Positions 10,858 to 21,023 of a DNA stretch of 64,000 bases are shown here, in pieces; the first letter of the stretch is position 1, and each line of letters begins with the position of its first letter. The notes under the pieces are model-generated. The model was not told where the DNA came from. It saw only the letters and a program-made list of their open reading frames with translations, and did not search any database. Source of the DNA: Candidatus Bathyarchaeota archaeon (lineage in GTDB: Archaea > Thermoproteota > Bathyarchaeia > Bathyarchaeales > Bathycorpusculaceae); assembly GCA_963733095.1 (NCBI GenBank), contig CAVTBV010000013.1, positions 64,001 to 128,000 on the forward strand, written 5' to 3'. Made by a program: the position numbers and the translations under genes.

Positions 10858-11121
10858 ATGAACAACAAAGAAAGCGAAAATGATGAACGCGACTTCTCCA
10901 TCGAACTCGCCTCAAACAGGTATCTGATGCGGTTCTCAACCTCCTCAAACGGCGGTGCCTGCGGCGTCTTAATAGAAGGAACGCTTGGAAGACTTCGACA
11001 TGCCCTCTTTGTGGAACCTCAAATACTGGAAGTTAAGGGCAGCTGCGGAGTTCTCAGATTAAACTTGACATTTAACGAAGTTAAAGATCCAGTTAAAAAA
11101 ACTGGAGGTGAAGAACTATGA
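10858..11121 (+). CDS. hypothetical protein, paralog of 18438..18695
   Basis: FSIEL...VLIEGTLG...ILEVKGSCGVLRL shared with the second copy. Confidence 0.75.
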   Translation: MNNKESENDERDFSIELASNRYLMRFSTSSNGGACGVLIEGTLGRLRHALFVEPQILEVKGSCGVLRLNLTFNEVKDPVKKTGGEEL

Positions 11122-11351
11122 AGTTAAAAGAAAAAGTCATGTTCACCGTATTTGGAGTATTGATTTTCTTCATATCAGGCGGTGTTGCTTGCACATACGG
11201 TAGTACAGGCGCCGTTAACCCAGTCTTGGCAGTCACGCTAGGCGTTTTGGTTTTCTTCATTGCAGGTGCAGCCGCATGCACATACAGCAACAATAGAATT
11301 GCCCAACAGAAAATAAACCAAACCGTGCCTAAAGCAAGCGCTGAGGCATGA
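11118..11351 (+). CDS. small two-TM membrane protein with internal repeat
   Basis: ATGA overlap with upstream gene, GGAGGTGA RBS; repeat LIFFISGGVACTY / LVFFIAGAAACTY. Confidence 0.7.
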   Translation: MKLKEKVMFTVFGVLIFFISGGVACTYGSTGAVNPVLAVTLGVLVFFIAGAAACTYSNNRIAQQKINQTVPKASAEA

Positions 11352-11575
11352 AAGGAGCCGACTTGTAATTACTGAGATCAAAAGTCCTCCAAAGCTTTCT
11401 CTTTTTCTGTCGTAGCTGCAGTTTTGATTTTAAGTAATGCAGTACTCCTTGGCGTTGTAGCAGGGTGGTTTATTGGAATAATCCCTACCCTTCCAGGGTC
11501 CGCTGGTAATGATCCGGTGGTTCTGTACTGTCTTTCAGTTGCGGGGTCGGTGTTTGGGGTTCTGGTTTTACTTGG

Positions 11576-11902
11576 ATGGAAAAAGAAGTACTTCTTAAGG
11601 GGTATCAGAGTTTTGATACCTTTAGATCAGTCATTAAGACTATAGCTGGAGACACTATAAAGGAAGTAATTCCACACAAGTCAGAAGAAAATGTCTTGGA
11701 GTTCATAAGAAAACATGGACAAGTTGCACCAGTTGAAATTCAGGTCTCTTTTGACTATTCAAATAAGGAAGTTCAGTCTATTATTGAAAGTTTAAACGCA
11801 AGGAATCTAATTCAAGTCATTCCGGCAGGAAATGGATCTCTAATAAAACTTTCAAAGGAACCTTCTTCTTGTGATTCAAATTCTGGTGTTTGCAGCATTT
11901 AA
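11576..11902 (+). CDS. hypothetical winged-helix-like protein
   Basis: 108-aa ORF, VLEFIRKHGQV...IIESLNARNLI pattern, C-terminal CDSNSGVC. Confidence 0.45.
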   Translation: MEKEVLLKGYQSFDTFRSVIKTIAGDTIKEVIPHKSEENVLEFIRKHGQVAPVEIQVSFDYSNKEVQSIIESLNARNLIQVIPAGNGSLIKLSKEPSSCDSNSGVCSI

Positions 11903-11970
11903 GAGTCGTGTAGCTTACTTTGAGCAAAACCTGACAAAGACAAACTTGAAAGACTTGGAATTTATGAAGT

Positions 11971-12050
11971 CAATTTAAGCTTAATTATTGAAAATATCTT
12001 CAAAAATAGGATTAAAATGAAAATAATGGCGCGGATTGTGAGAATTGAAC
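11971..12050. repeat. degenerate att copy B plus left arm shared with copy C
   Basis: TGGCGCGGATTGTGAGAATTGAAC at 12027-12050 (21/24 to att core); upstream CAATTTAAGCTTAATTATTGAAAATATCTTCAAAAATAGG resembles 21024-21063. Confidence 0.8.
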
Positions 12051-12735
12051 ACCTTGTTTTTCCGCGGGTTATTTAATTTTTCCATGGTCGGTTATTATTT
12101 GACATGTGTGGTAGCCCGGAAGTTACCCTTCCCAGACTCGAATTTATTTCGAAAAATCCCTTTTTTATCTTATTGAAATCTACTATTAAAAAAGGTCACA
12201 ATTAAAACTAGAGTTAGGAATTGGAGTTGAACCCATATATGTTGGCGACATCGCCAATTCTGCTTCTCCTAAGCAGCTACTTTCTCTTTTTTTAACAATT
12301 CCTTCTATTCATTGGCGGGTATGGCAGGTTATCGCTCATGAACACAGGTCATTTGTACTTTTTCCCCTTTTTAGTATAAAAAAAAGTTTTTCGTGGAACT
12401 ACTATGAACTCCTGGCGTTATGCGATTTTAGTTTTCATTTAAGGCGTTCAAACTGGGCTGTGTAGGCTTCTTGTTAACGTTTACGATATTTGCATTATCG
12501 TAATGATTTTTTTCTCCTTAAGAATCTTTCCAGAAGCCTCAACAAACCATTGGAAGCAAAAATCTTTTCCGGTCAGATATATGACTGATTCGCGTTTCTC
12601 GCTTCATTTGATTTCCGCATTATTTATTTCGCTTTTAATTGGTAAGTACTGTCCTCTTTTTGAGACTCGCTACAAATAAGCAAAGCTTATTAGCCGGGTA
12701 TTAAACGCTTTTGTACCCAAAAGGAGAGAAGAAAA

Positions 12736-15435
12736 ATGCAATTTAAAACAAAAACAACTATTTTGATCGCAACATTTCTGATATTGACAATGGCTATACC
12801 TGCCATAATTCATCCTGCTAACGCACAGACTTCTAGCCAAATGAAATCATACGCTTTCATGGCGGTTGAGCCAAACCCAGTTGGTGTAGGTCAAACCACC
12901 TACATCGCAATGTGGGTTGACGTTCCACTACCTGGAGCATCAGAAGCCAACGATATCCGAAAGCATAACTATCTACTCACTATTACTGCACCCGACGGTA
13001 CTACACAAACACAAACTTGGGCTGTAGTTGCAGACACAACCGGTGCTCAATCAACATCCTTCACACCTACCCAAGTAGGAACCTACAAATTCGCCTTTAG
13101 CTACCCCAACCAAAATTACACATGGACCTCAGCAACTTACTTAGGTAACAACGCCTACACTGGCGTCATATTCTTAGGTGCCAATGCAACCGCAACCCTA
13201 ACAGTCCAAGAAAATCCAGTACCTCAAACACCAAATTCACCTCTGCCAAGTGAATACTGGACAAGACCAATTTACGGAGAAGATTTCAACTGGTACACTA
13301 TAGGATCACAATGGCTTGGAAGTGGTAGTTCCTATACTGCTGCCAGTAGCAACTACTTCGGCTCCTTCCAGCAAGGTGGTATGAACTTATGGCAACAAGG
13401 TGGAACAGGACCAGAAAGTTCACACGTTGTCTGGACAGCTCCATTTGAAGATGGAGGAGTCGTCGGCGGAATAAACACAGGTATCACTGGCGCAACCTTC
13501 TATTCAGGCGGTTCTTACGAAGGCAGATTCCAAAACGCATTGATTATAGACGGTAGACTCTACTACAAAGCACCATTAGGTGACCAAGTCAGCACAACTG
13601 CTACCGGCGCAGGGACCTATACATGCAGAGACTTACGTACAGGCGAAGTCCTTTGGACTAACGACAACATCAACCCAACATTCGGCGAACTATATGACTA
13701 CGAATCTCCAAACCAGCATGGAGTAGTTCCAAATGGCTACCTATGGCAAGCAGTAAGCCAATCATCTACAACACAGACATGGATAGCTTATGACTCATTA
13801 ACTGGCAAATGGTTATTCAATATTACCGATGTACCATCAACAGGCACAATCGCATATACCAGCCAAGGTGAAATCGTCAAATACATTCTAAGTTACAACA
13901 ACGCTGCAAAATCAGGTTGGCTAGCACTCTGGAACTGGACAAGTGCAAACGGAGTTCCTGCAAGTTCTACAACTGCTAATGGGGTACAATTAAATGGACC
14001 CGGATCAGGTACTAACTATCTACAGTTCAGACCAGTCGGCAGAATCATAAACGCAAGCACAGCATACTCATGGAACGTCACAATCGGCGACATAATGGGT
14101 CCATCAAACTCACAACTCGTTCCAGGCACTACAACAACGCAAAACCCAACAATACAGTATGTACTTCCAGGCGATTTACTATTTGGCACAACACCAAACA
14201 TTGCACCAGGTGTTCTATCAATAAGAGGCACCCCTAACCCATACACAGTTTGGACAATTAGCTTAGCAGACAGCGACAAAGGCACAATCATGTGGAAGAA
14301 AACATACGATGCACCAACAGGCAATATGACGCTCAATCTTGGCCCAATAGACCCAGTGAACCGCGTCTGGACCACGACTACCGCTGAAGACATGCAATAC
14401 CAAGGCTATAGTCTGGCTGACGGAAGTAAACTGTGGTCAACTAATACCGATGTACGCGCATTCCAATGGTTCAGCAGCGGCTCAGGCGCAGGCCAAAGAT
14501 GTGTAACTGCATACGGAAACATCTATACCCAAGGCTTCGGCGGCGAAATGTTTGCCTATGCAGCAAACAACGGCACTCTACTGTGGAAATTCAATGACAC
14601 AGCCAGCGGCATGGACACCCCTTGGGGTAACGTACCAATATTCATCGCTGCAATTGCAGACGGCAAAGTCTATGCATTCAACAACGAACACTCACCTAAC
14701 TCACCACTATACAAAGGATACAGCATCTACAGTCTAAACGCTACCACAGGCGAGGAAATCTACAAGATGCTCAGCTGGGCAGGACAAACCGGCGGACAAG
14801 GCTTAAGCACCTCTGTTCTAGCAGACGGCACACTAGTTTACTACAACTACTATGACAACTCACTCTATGCAATCGCTAAAGGTCCAAGTCAAACCACCGT
14901 AACCGCTTCACCGAAAGTCTCAACAAACGGTGACAAAGTCCTGGTAGAAGGCACAGTCACCGACATATCAGCAGGTACAAAACAAAACGAGCAAGCGGCA
15001 AGATTCCCTGCAGGCGTTCCAGCAGTCTCTGATGCAAGCCAAGCAGCATGGATGGAATACGTTTACATGAAACAAGAACGGCCAACCAATGCGACAGGCG
15101 TTCCAGTAACCTTAAGCGTACTCGACCCCAACGGCAACTACTACACTGTCGGCACAACCACAAGCGATTCAATGGGCAACTTCAAGCTGGCATTCACTCC
15201 ACAGGTACCGGGCGAATACAATATCTACGCAAACTTTGCAGGTTCTGGTGCATACTATGGTTCAGGCGCTGAAACCGCAATCGTCGTCGACAATACTGCA
15301 GCATCACCCACACCAGTCGCAACACAAGCACCATCAATGGCTGACCTATACTTTGTCCCAGGCATAATCGGCGTTATCATTGCGATAATCGTCGTTGGTG
15401 CGGTTCTACTCTTAGCTCTTAGAAAGCGTCCATAA
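12736..15435 (+). CDS. secreted, membrane-anchored PQQ-like beta-propeller surface protein
   Basis: Signal peptide, PNPVGVGQ, LPSEYWTRPI, repeated W-containing blades, C-terminal TM plus RKRP. Confidence 0.85.
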   Translation: MQFKTKTTILIATFLILTMAIPAIIHPANAQTSSQMKSYAFMAVEPNPVGVGQTTYIAMWVDVPLPGASEANDIRKHNYLLTITAPDGTTQTQTWAVVADTTGAQSTSFTPTQVGTYKFAFSYPNQNYTWTSATYLGNNAYTGVIFLGANATATLTVQENPVPQTPNSPLPSEYWTRPIYGEDFNWYTIGSQWLGSGSSYTAASSNYFGSFQQGGMNLWQQGGTGPESSHVVWTAPFEDGGVVGGINTGITGATFYSGGSYEGRFQNALIIDGRLYYKAPLGDQVSTTATGAGTYTCRDLRTGEVLWTNDNINPTFGELYDYESPNQHGVVPNGYLWQAVSQSSTTQTWIAYDSLTGKWLFNITDVPSTGTIAYTSQGEIVKYILSYNNAAKSGWLALWNWTSANGVPASSTTANGVQLNGPGSGTNYLQFRPVGRIINASTAYSWNVTIGDIMGPSNSQLVPGTTTTQNPTIQYVLPGDLLFGTTPNIAPGVLSIRGTPNPYTVWTISLADSDKGTIMWKKTYDAPTGNMTLNLGPIDPVNRVWTTTTAEDMQYQGYSLADGSKLWSTNTDVRAFQWFSSGSGAGQRCVTAYGNIYTQGFGGEMFAYAANNGTLLWKFNDTASGMDTPWGNVPIFIAAIADGKVYAFNNEHSPNSPLYKGYSIYSLNATTGEEIYKMLSWAGQTGGQGLSTSVLADGTLVYYNYYDNSLYAIAKGPSQTTVTASPKVSTNGDKVLVEGTVTDISAGTKQNEQAARFPAGVPAVSDASQAAWMEYVYMKQERPTNATGVPVTLSVLDPNGNYYTVGTTTSDSMGNFKLAFTPQVPGEYNIYANFAGSGAYYGSGAETAIVVDNTAASPTPVATQAPSMADLYFVPGIIGVIIAIIVVGAVLLLALRKRP

Positions 15436-15654
15436 ATGAAAATCAATGGGAAATATTTTCCCTCCCTTTTTTAGTCTTAGTCTAAGCGTTTTAAATGGGC
15501 TCAGAGTGCTTCTGGAATAAATTTACGAAGTTCTTCCATCAAGGTACAATCGTAAAGTACGGTTTGGGTTCCACCCAAAGATTCCATAAAAAAATTACAG
15601 CTTTTGAACCTTAGAAAACAGCAGACAACTATATAGGATTCGGTCGTGGAGCTG

Positions 15655-15716
15655 GGGATGGATGGGAGTTGCATCCCTTTCAGTTGGAGACGTCTCCCTC
15701 AAGACTCCCATTTTTG
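15655..15716 (+). ncRNA. candidate hairpin sRNA
   Basis: TATATA at 15630, 9-bp stem ATGGGAGTT/GACTCCCAT followed by a T-run, C/T-rich interior. Confidence 0.35.
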
Positions 15717-15783
15717 TTAATTCAAGAGAAAAGAGAGATGGTAGAACAATCCAGTTTTTCTGATTGGAATAGCAATTAAGTTT

Positions 15784-16074
15784 TTATTTGCTGTAATCCT
15801 TTATCGGTGCAAGTGGTATGGTGGAAGTTTCAGTAACGCCTTCTATTAACCGAATCTTGTCTGCCACAAAATCTAAGGCGTTCGTGTTGGTGTCTGCTTG
15901 AAATAGAAGAGCGAAATCCCATTGTCCAAAAGCTCGGTATGCTTCCTCCAGCTTCACGCCTTCCACAGGTTTTTCGGTGAATTCCATTAATGGTTCATAA
16001 ACTTTTGCAGTCATATTAGGACTTAGTTTAATCATCAACAGATATTTCTGAACTGTTTTTTCCGTTTTAATCAC
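15784..16074 (-). CDS. GYD / Lrp-AsnC ligand-binding-type domain protein
   Basis: AYRAFGQWDFALL...IEGVTETSTIP. Confidence 0.7.
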   Translation of the reverse strand: MIKTEKTVQKYLLMIKLSPNMTAKVYEPLMEFTEKPVEGVKLEEAYRAFGQWDFALLFQADTNTNALDFVADKIRLIEGVTETSTIPLAPIKDYSK

Positions 16075-16398
16075 CTTACGAAAACTTGAAGGTGTTTGAA
16101 TCTAAAAAATGTGTTGCTTAGCAGTTTAAAGTGAGAAAATCTGCCTCAAAACCCCTTTTTTAGTAGTTCTGTCACTTTGGATAATTAGAAATAAAGAGAC
16201 TTTTCACACAATCTGATTTGGGTTCAAATCCCCGGGGTCTTTACAGGTACTGATTTAACTGTAAATAGCAAATCTTAAGTGCAAATTCCAATAAACTTCT
16301 GTAAGCGGCGAGTTACATACAACATTTTTCATTGAGAATAGTAAGGATGAAATCTTTTTAAATCAGATTATATTAACTTAATAAAGAATCAAAAAGTT

Positions 16399-16578
16399 AT
16401 GTCTCATAATACGGGAAAAGAAGAACTTGTTAATACCCCTGCTGGACCAAGACCAAAAAATTCTGTGCACGCGATAAAACCTGGCGGAGTTATCCTAGAA
16501 GAGAAAGGCAGAATAAGTATCCAAGTCTGTAAAACCATAAAAAATCTCCAAGGCGAGCATAACGTTGACTTATCGTAA
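16399..16578 (+). CDS. short hypothetical ORF or gene fragment (59 aa)
   Basis: MSHNTGKEELVNTPAGPRPKNSVHAIKPGG..., below the ORF-track cutoff; overlaps start of next gene. Confidence 0.35.
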   Translation: MSHNTGKEELVNTPAGPRPKNSVHAIKPGGVILEEKGRISIQVCKTIKNLQGEHNVDLS

Positions 16579-16921
16579 GATCAAAAGATGTGACTGGACA
16601 AAATCATTAACTTTCATAGGAATCTATGTAGCAGTCATTTCAATTACCGCTTTTATTCTGCTTGTCACATACTGGTATCTCTGGATAGTATTGGTAGTGG
16701 GCGGATTGTTTATCCTTGTCTTGTGGCACAAAAAATCCACTGCATATCACTGCCCAATATGCGGCAACGAATTCGAAATATCCTTCTTAACCGACTTCTT
16801 TAGCCCCCACGGAGTAACCAAAAACGGGGGCGGTTGGACCTACCTAAAATGTCCCAAATGCTCTAACAGAACAAAAATGGAAATACTTGTAAAGACAAAA
16901 AAACAAATAAAAACTAATTGA
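16565..16921 (+). CDS. membrane protein with zinc ribbon
   Basis: Two TM helices then YHCPICG...YLKCPKC. Confidence 0.7.
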   Translation: MTYRKIKRCDWTKSLTFIGIYVAVISITAFILLVTYWYLWIVLVVGGLFILVLWHKKSTAYHCPICGNEFEISFLTDFFSPHGVTKNGGGWTYLKCPKCSNRTKMEILVKTKKQIKTN

Positions 16922-17073
16922 AACAGAAGAATGGAAGCAGGCCAACGCAGAGGCAAAAAATTAAACGCTTAATCCAATTAGGCAAAAAACACGAGAAAAA
17001 ATAAATAGGATTGGGCTCAAATAAAAAAATTGGTTTGCGAGTAAAATCACGCGCGATAACCGGAAGACCGAAA

Positions 17074-17985
17074 ATGTCCTTTAGATTCAATATTAAACAG
17101 AACATTTACACAATAGGCAAAGTAAAGGTAGGCGGCCAGCCGGGGGAGCTTCCCACTTTTCTGATAGGCTCATTATTTTGGCTAGGTCAGAAAATCGTTC
17201 AAGACGCAAACAAAGGCCTTTTTGATGAACAGCAAGCAGAAAAAATAATCAACACCATGCAAACGCAAAGCGACATAACAGGCATAAAATTTGGCTTTGA
17301 CATAGTTGGAACAACCGAGATTGCCTTTGAGAAATACATAGACTTTGTAGCAAAACATACTGACGCCCCGTTGGTATTAGACGCGATGAGTCCTAAAGCT
17401 CGTATGGCAGCATCGAGCATGGTTAAAAAAATGGGGCTTGCAGACAAGTGCATATACGACTCAGTCTACAAGGGCGTTACAGAATCAGAAATTGCAAAGT
17501 TGAAGGAAAGTGGAATAGAGGCAGCAATTGTTTTAGCAGATAACCAAAAAGACAACAGCTTGGACGGAAAAATGGCTATAGTGCAGGAGGCGCTTGCATT
17601 AGCCAAAAGAGCCGGGATCACAAAACCGCTTATAGATACAGCTATTCCAGCATTTGCACCAGATATGGGTACATCAGTTAGAGCCATACCTGCCATGAAA
17701 GAGAAGTATGGTCATCCTGTAGGCTTGGGTAGCGGGAACGTTGTTACAACCATGGGTTGGGTAAAAGCCAACGTTGCTAAAGAATTTCGTAAGGGATGTG
17801 TAACCGCAACCAACTCGATAATGCAAACGGCAGGCGCTAACTATTTAATGTTCGGACCAGCTGAACAAGCTGAATGGGTATTCCCAGCCGTCGCAGTAAC
17901 TGTCACATACATTGCTTCAGCAGCAGCCGACCTTGGAACAAGACCCCTCGAAGAGTCTCATCCAATCTACAAAGCCTTCCTTTAA
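17074..17985 (+). CDS. mtrH: MtrH-family methyltransferase (stand-alone)
   Basis: KVGGQPGELPTFLIGSLF, ITKPLID, YGHPVG, GANYLMFGP, HPIYK. Confidence 0.85.
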   Translation: MSFRFNIKQNIYTIGKVKVGGQPGELPTFLIGSLFWLGQKIVQDANKGLFDEQQAEKIINTMQTQSDITGIKFGFDIVGTTEIAFEKYIDFVAKHTDAPLVLDAMSPKARMAASSMVKKMGLADKCIYDSVYKGVTESEIAKLKESGIEAAIVLADNQKDNSLDGKMAIVQEALALAKRAGITKPLIDTAIPAFAPDMGTSVRAIPAMKEKYGHPVGLGSGNVVTTMGWVKANVAKEFRKGCVTATNSIMQTAGANYLMFGPAEQAEWVFPAVAVTVTYIASAAADLGTRPLEESHPIYKAFL

Positions 17986-18228
17986 ATTGCATAGCATCGC
18001 CCTCTTTTAGTTCTGTCTGAACACGACAAATTAGATGTATCCAAAAGCGCGCCTGATTGGTTCTCAATGACACGAGACCCAGTTTCTAGTTATAAACTTT
18101 TCAATTTAGGGACAAGCCAGCGCGGCGTTTCAAGGTTTGGTCAGGAAATCCATTTCTACGTCGCTCATGAACAAAGAAAAGCGAACATTGTAGCGGTCAA
18201 CGCTTTCAGTCGGTAATTCTGCTTTTGG

Positions 18229-18441
18229 TTATCCCGTCAACAATGCCTTTGAAACGAAGATAACGATTACGTCTGCGACTACCAAGATTCCAGTGCTTAT
18301 GGGCGTGAAGGTGCAGGTTGCTCTGTACCCTAATAGGCATGGTTTACTTGCTTGAGCGTTGGGTATAACTGTCTTAGCTGCCGCAACCGTCAGTGCAAGA
18401 ATGACTAATGCAAAAACTGCGATGAGTGTTGTTGCATTTAT
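18229..18441 (-). CDS. small two-TM protein with CLLGYxxxCxFTP motif, probable ATA start
   Basis: Manual translation (I/M)NATTLIAVFALVILALTVAAAKTVIPNAQASKPCLLGYRATCTFTPISTGILVV...; ATA overlaps the TAA of the upstream gene. Confidence 0.6.
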   Translation of the reverse strand: MNATTLIAVFALVILALTVAAAKTVIPNAQASKPCLLGYRATCTFTPISTGILVVADVIVIFVSKALLTG

Positions 18442-18695
18442 TTCACCCCTTTAATCTCTTTCGGCAGTGCCATCTTGAACTCCTGTGGGCTGACGTCTAC
18501 ACGCAAAACGCCGTTGCTACCAACTATCTCCACGATTATCGCTTCAGCAAAATTCACTCGTTCCAAATCGCCTAAGACGCCGTCGATAAGAACGTTCTGA
18601 GATAAGTCATTGGTCAACGTTAGATTTTTGAGGTTAGCTTTTGATCTGAGTTCGATTGAGAAAGAACATGTTTTGTTTCTGGTTTCTTTTTCCAT
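18438..18695 (-). CDS. hypothetical protein, paralog of 10858..11121
   Basis: SFSIELRS...VLIDGVLG...IVEIVGSNGVLRV. Confidence 0.75.
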   Translation of the reverse strand: MEKETRNKTCSFSIELRSKANLKNLTLTNDLSQNVLIDGVLGDLERVNFAEAIIVEIVGSNGVLRVDVSPQEFKMALPKEIKGVK

Positions 18696-18754
18696 CTTTT
18701 GGTGCCTCAATAGCAGTAGAGGTAACGGAATGTGATTAGTTTTATTTGCTAAGC

Positions 18755-18772
18755 ATGTGTAATATTTCACAT
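18755..18772. promoter_or_regulatory. imperfect palindrome, candidate operator between divergent genes
   Basis: ATGTGTAATATTTCACAT. Confidence 0.35.
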
Positions 18773-18804
18773 TGAATCCAAATTCTTAACAAGAGTGGTT
18801 CGAA

Positions 18805-19524
18805 TTGAAGGAAGTTGAAGAGTTGGACAGGTTGTTCTTTGAGTTTGCGAGCGAAAGCAGGCTCAGTATACTCCGCATATTGCAGACTGAGAATTTAAAA
18901 ATGCAGGAAGTTGCTCGTCGACTAGACTTGACAGCGACGGAGGCTTTCAGACAGCTAGAAAGGCTCAGTGTCGCGATTCTGGTGCAAAGGCAACCCGATG
19001 GCTCTTACGCTCTAACACCATCCGGCAGACTCGAGCTGCACCTTGCCTCTTCGATGGGCTTCATTCTTAGCCACAAGCAGTACTTTTTAACCCATGACAT
19101 CTGGGAACTTCCCATGCAATTCGTAAATCGCATTGGCGAGCTCTCGCAAGCAATGCTGAAGATGGGCCTCATAGAAAGTACGTTTAAGTCTTCCCAGCTA
19201 ATTGGAGAAGCCAAGCACTATATGTGGGCCGTTTCACCTGAACTGCTACCCCAAACTTTTGAGGCGATAGCAAAACAAATCCCCAAAGGCGTACAATACA
19301 GAATCCTTTCTCCTCAGTCACCTGTGAAACTGCCGAATCTGGAAAACCGGACTCTGATTGACTGCCCAGCAATCTTTGCAATCACCGAAAATGAGGCCGC
19401 CTTGTGTTTCCGGTTTCTTGACGGAAGAGTGGATTATGCAGGCTTCATTGGGAATGACGATACCTTCCTCAGATGGGTCACAGACCTATTTCTTTACTAC
19501 TGGGATAAGGGAAAACGAGCGTGA
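18805..19524 (+). CDS. archaeal ArsR-like winged-HTH regulator, paralog 2
   Basis: FFEFASESRLSIL...EAFRQLERLS; YFLTHDIWELPMQFVNRIGEL. Confidence 0.8.
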   Translation: MKEVEELDRLFFEFASESRLSILRILQTENLKMQEVARRLDLTATEAFRQLERLSVAILVQRQPDGSYALTPSGRLELHLASSMGFILSHKQYFLTHDIWELPMQFVNRIGELSQAMLKMGLIESTFKSSQLIGEAKHYMWAVSPELLPQTFEAIAKQIPKGVQYRILSPQSPVKLPNLENRTLIDCPAIFAITENEAALCFRFLDGRVDYAGFIGNDDTFLRWVTDLFLYYWDKGKRA

Positions 19525-19881
19525 CGCAGCCCCAATTATTTCCAGCGTTATTTTGGGCTCATTTTCGTCCTTGGCGCGCTACTTTACCCCGATATTAAGT
19601 TTGAAGAATGTTGGTGATATCGCCTTATCTGGTCTTCCGAGGTTTTAAGATGCTTCTCCGTTTAAAATCAACTAACTCTATTCCCACTTGCCATTTGTTT
19701 GTTTAAACTGCATCTGAACCACACGGCAATCCTCGCACCAAAACATGCGCATCTTCGAGACAGGACTATAATGAGTGTCTTTGGTGTATCCTCTGGGTCG
19801 ATAAACTAGTTGGTTCGATTAAAGTTTGGGTCCCCCAATCAAAAGCGCGTGCCGTAACCGTAACTCACATCTGGATTTCTA

Positions 19882-20761
19882 TTAGAGATTTGAGAAAATT
19901 CCAATGAAGATGGGTATGTCGGTTCCTGCGTGCAATAGAATTGGTCCGATTATGCTGTCTGTTCTCCGCATAACATAACCTAACACCAAACCGAGAAGAA
20001 ACGTAGCGACAACAAGAACTGAAATGTATTGTGTGTACTGTGTTATGCCAATTCCAGCTACCGAGTGGCTGAGGGAAAAAATCAGCGCTTGCAAAAGGAT
20101 GGATAGACCGTTTCCCAGCAAACCCTCGAATTTTCTCAAGAAGAGACCAACGATACAACAGTTCCTCTCTCAATCCGTTAGCTAAAACAATTGGTAGTAT
20201 CCAAGGCATCCAGGAAACCAATTTTGATATCGTGAGGTTTTGACCCTCAAATAGATAATTGGCTCCTGGAATGGATAATGCAACAAACACAAGGAAACCT
20301 GCCAATCCAACGAGAACTCCAAGTCTTATTTTTCCCTTCGATAAAAAGACAGAGTACATGCTGCCACCGGAGAATCTCGTTAATACAATTATTGAGGTAA
20401 CTACTAGTGCAGTGCTTGATAGCATGGCTAAGACTATTCCATTCATTGTGGTGGTTTCAAAACCTAACCAGCCGCTAATTGCTTGCAAATTCAGTGCGAA
20501 AGAGGCGATGAAAAAAGCTATCGCGATTTGCCAATATTTCTTGAAACGCTTGTTTCTATAGAAAAATACTGCCAATGTTAGAAAGAAAAATGAGAGGATA
20601 ATTAAGTAAATTTGCCATAGACTATTTGGTATCAATGAGAAAGGAAAAATCAACAAACCAGACAGTGCCGGAAGACTTAGACCAAATACTAAGAAGATCA
20701 CGAACAACTCGACTCGGTACGCTGAAATGTGAATGGTTCCCATTGGTTTACCCGTCAACAA
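19882..20761 (-). pseudogene. CPBP (CAAX/Abi) intramembrane metalloprotease, frameshifted
   Basis: EELLYR in one frame; FSLSH and ILLHAGTD in another; one extra T near 20150 (TAT CGT T GGT CTC TTC). Confidence 0.8.
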
Positions 20762-21023
20762 TAACTTCTAAGATTGCATATAAAATTAACCACCTTAGTG
20801 TAAAGGCTTGAATCGGTCCCAATTGGAGATTTTTCTTGAATGCTTGCTTATTGTTTTTTGGTATTATTCGTTTTTCTTTTCAGTGCTTATTCGCACGTTT
20901 CTGGTCTCACACCACGAATGGTGCAAGTCTCTGCGCGGAGCTCAGCCCCAAAACTTGGAACAGATTTGAGTTGGAGTGGCTTCAAACAATAGACCGTAGG
21001 GTATAGTGCATTTTTTCCTATCG

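Noticed and set aside
16218-16240. GGGTTCAAATCCC T-arm-like motif on the + strand
   Set aside because: No acceptor or other arms and no match to the tRNA-Ser att; too short to call.
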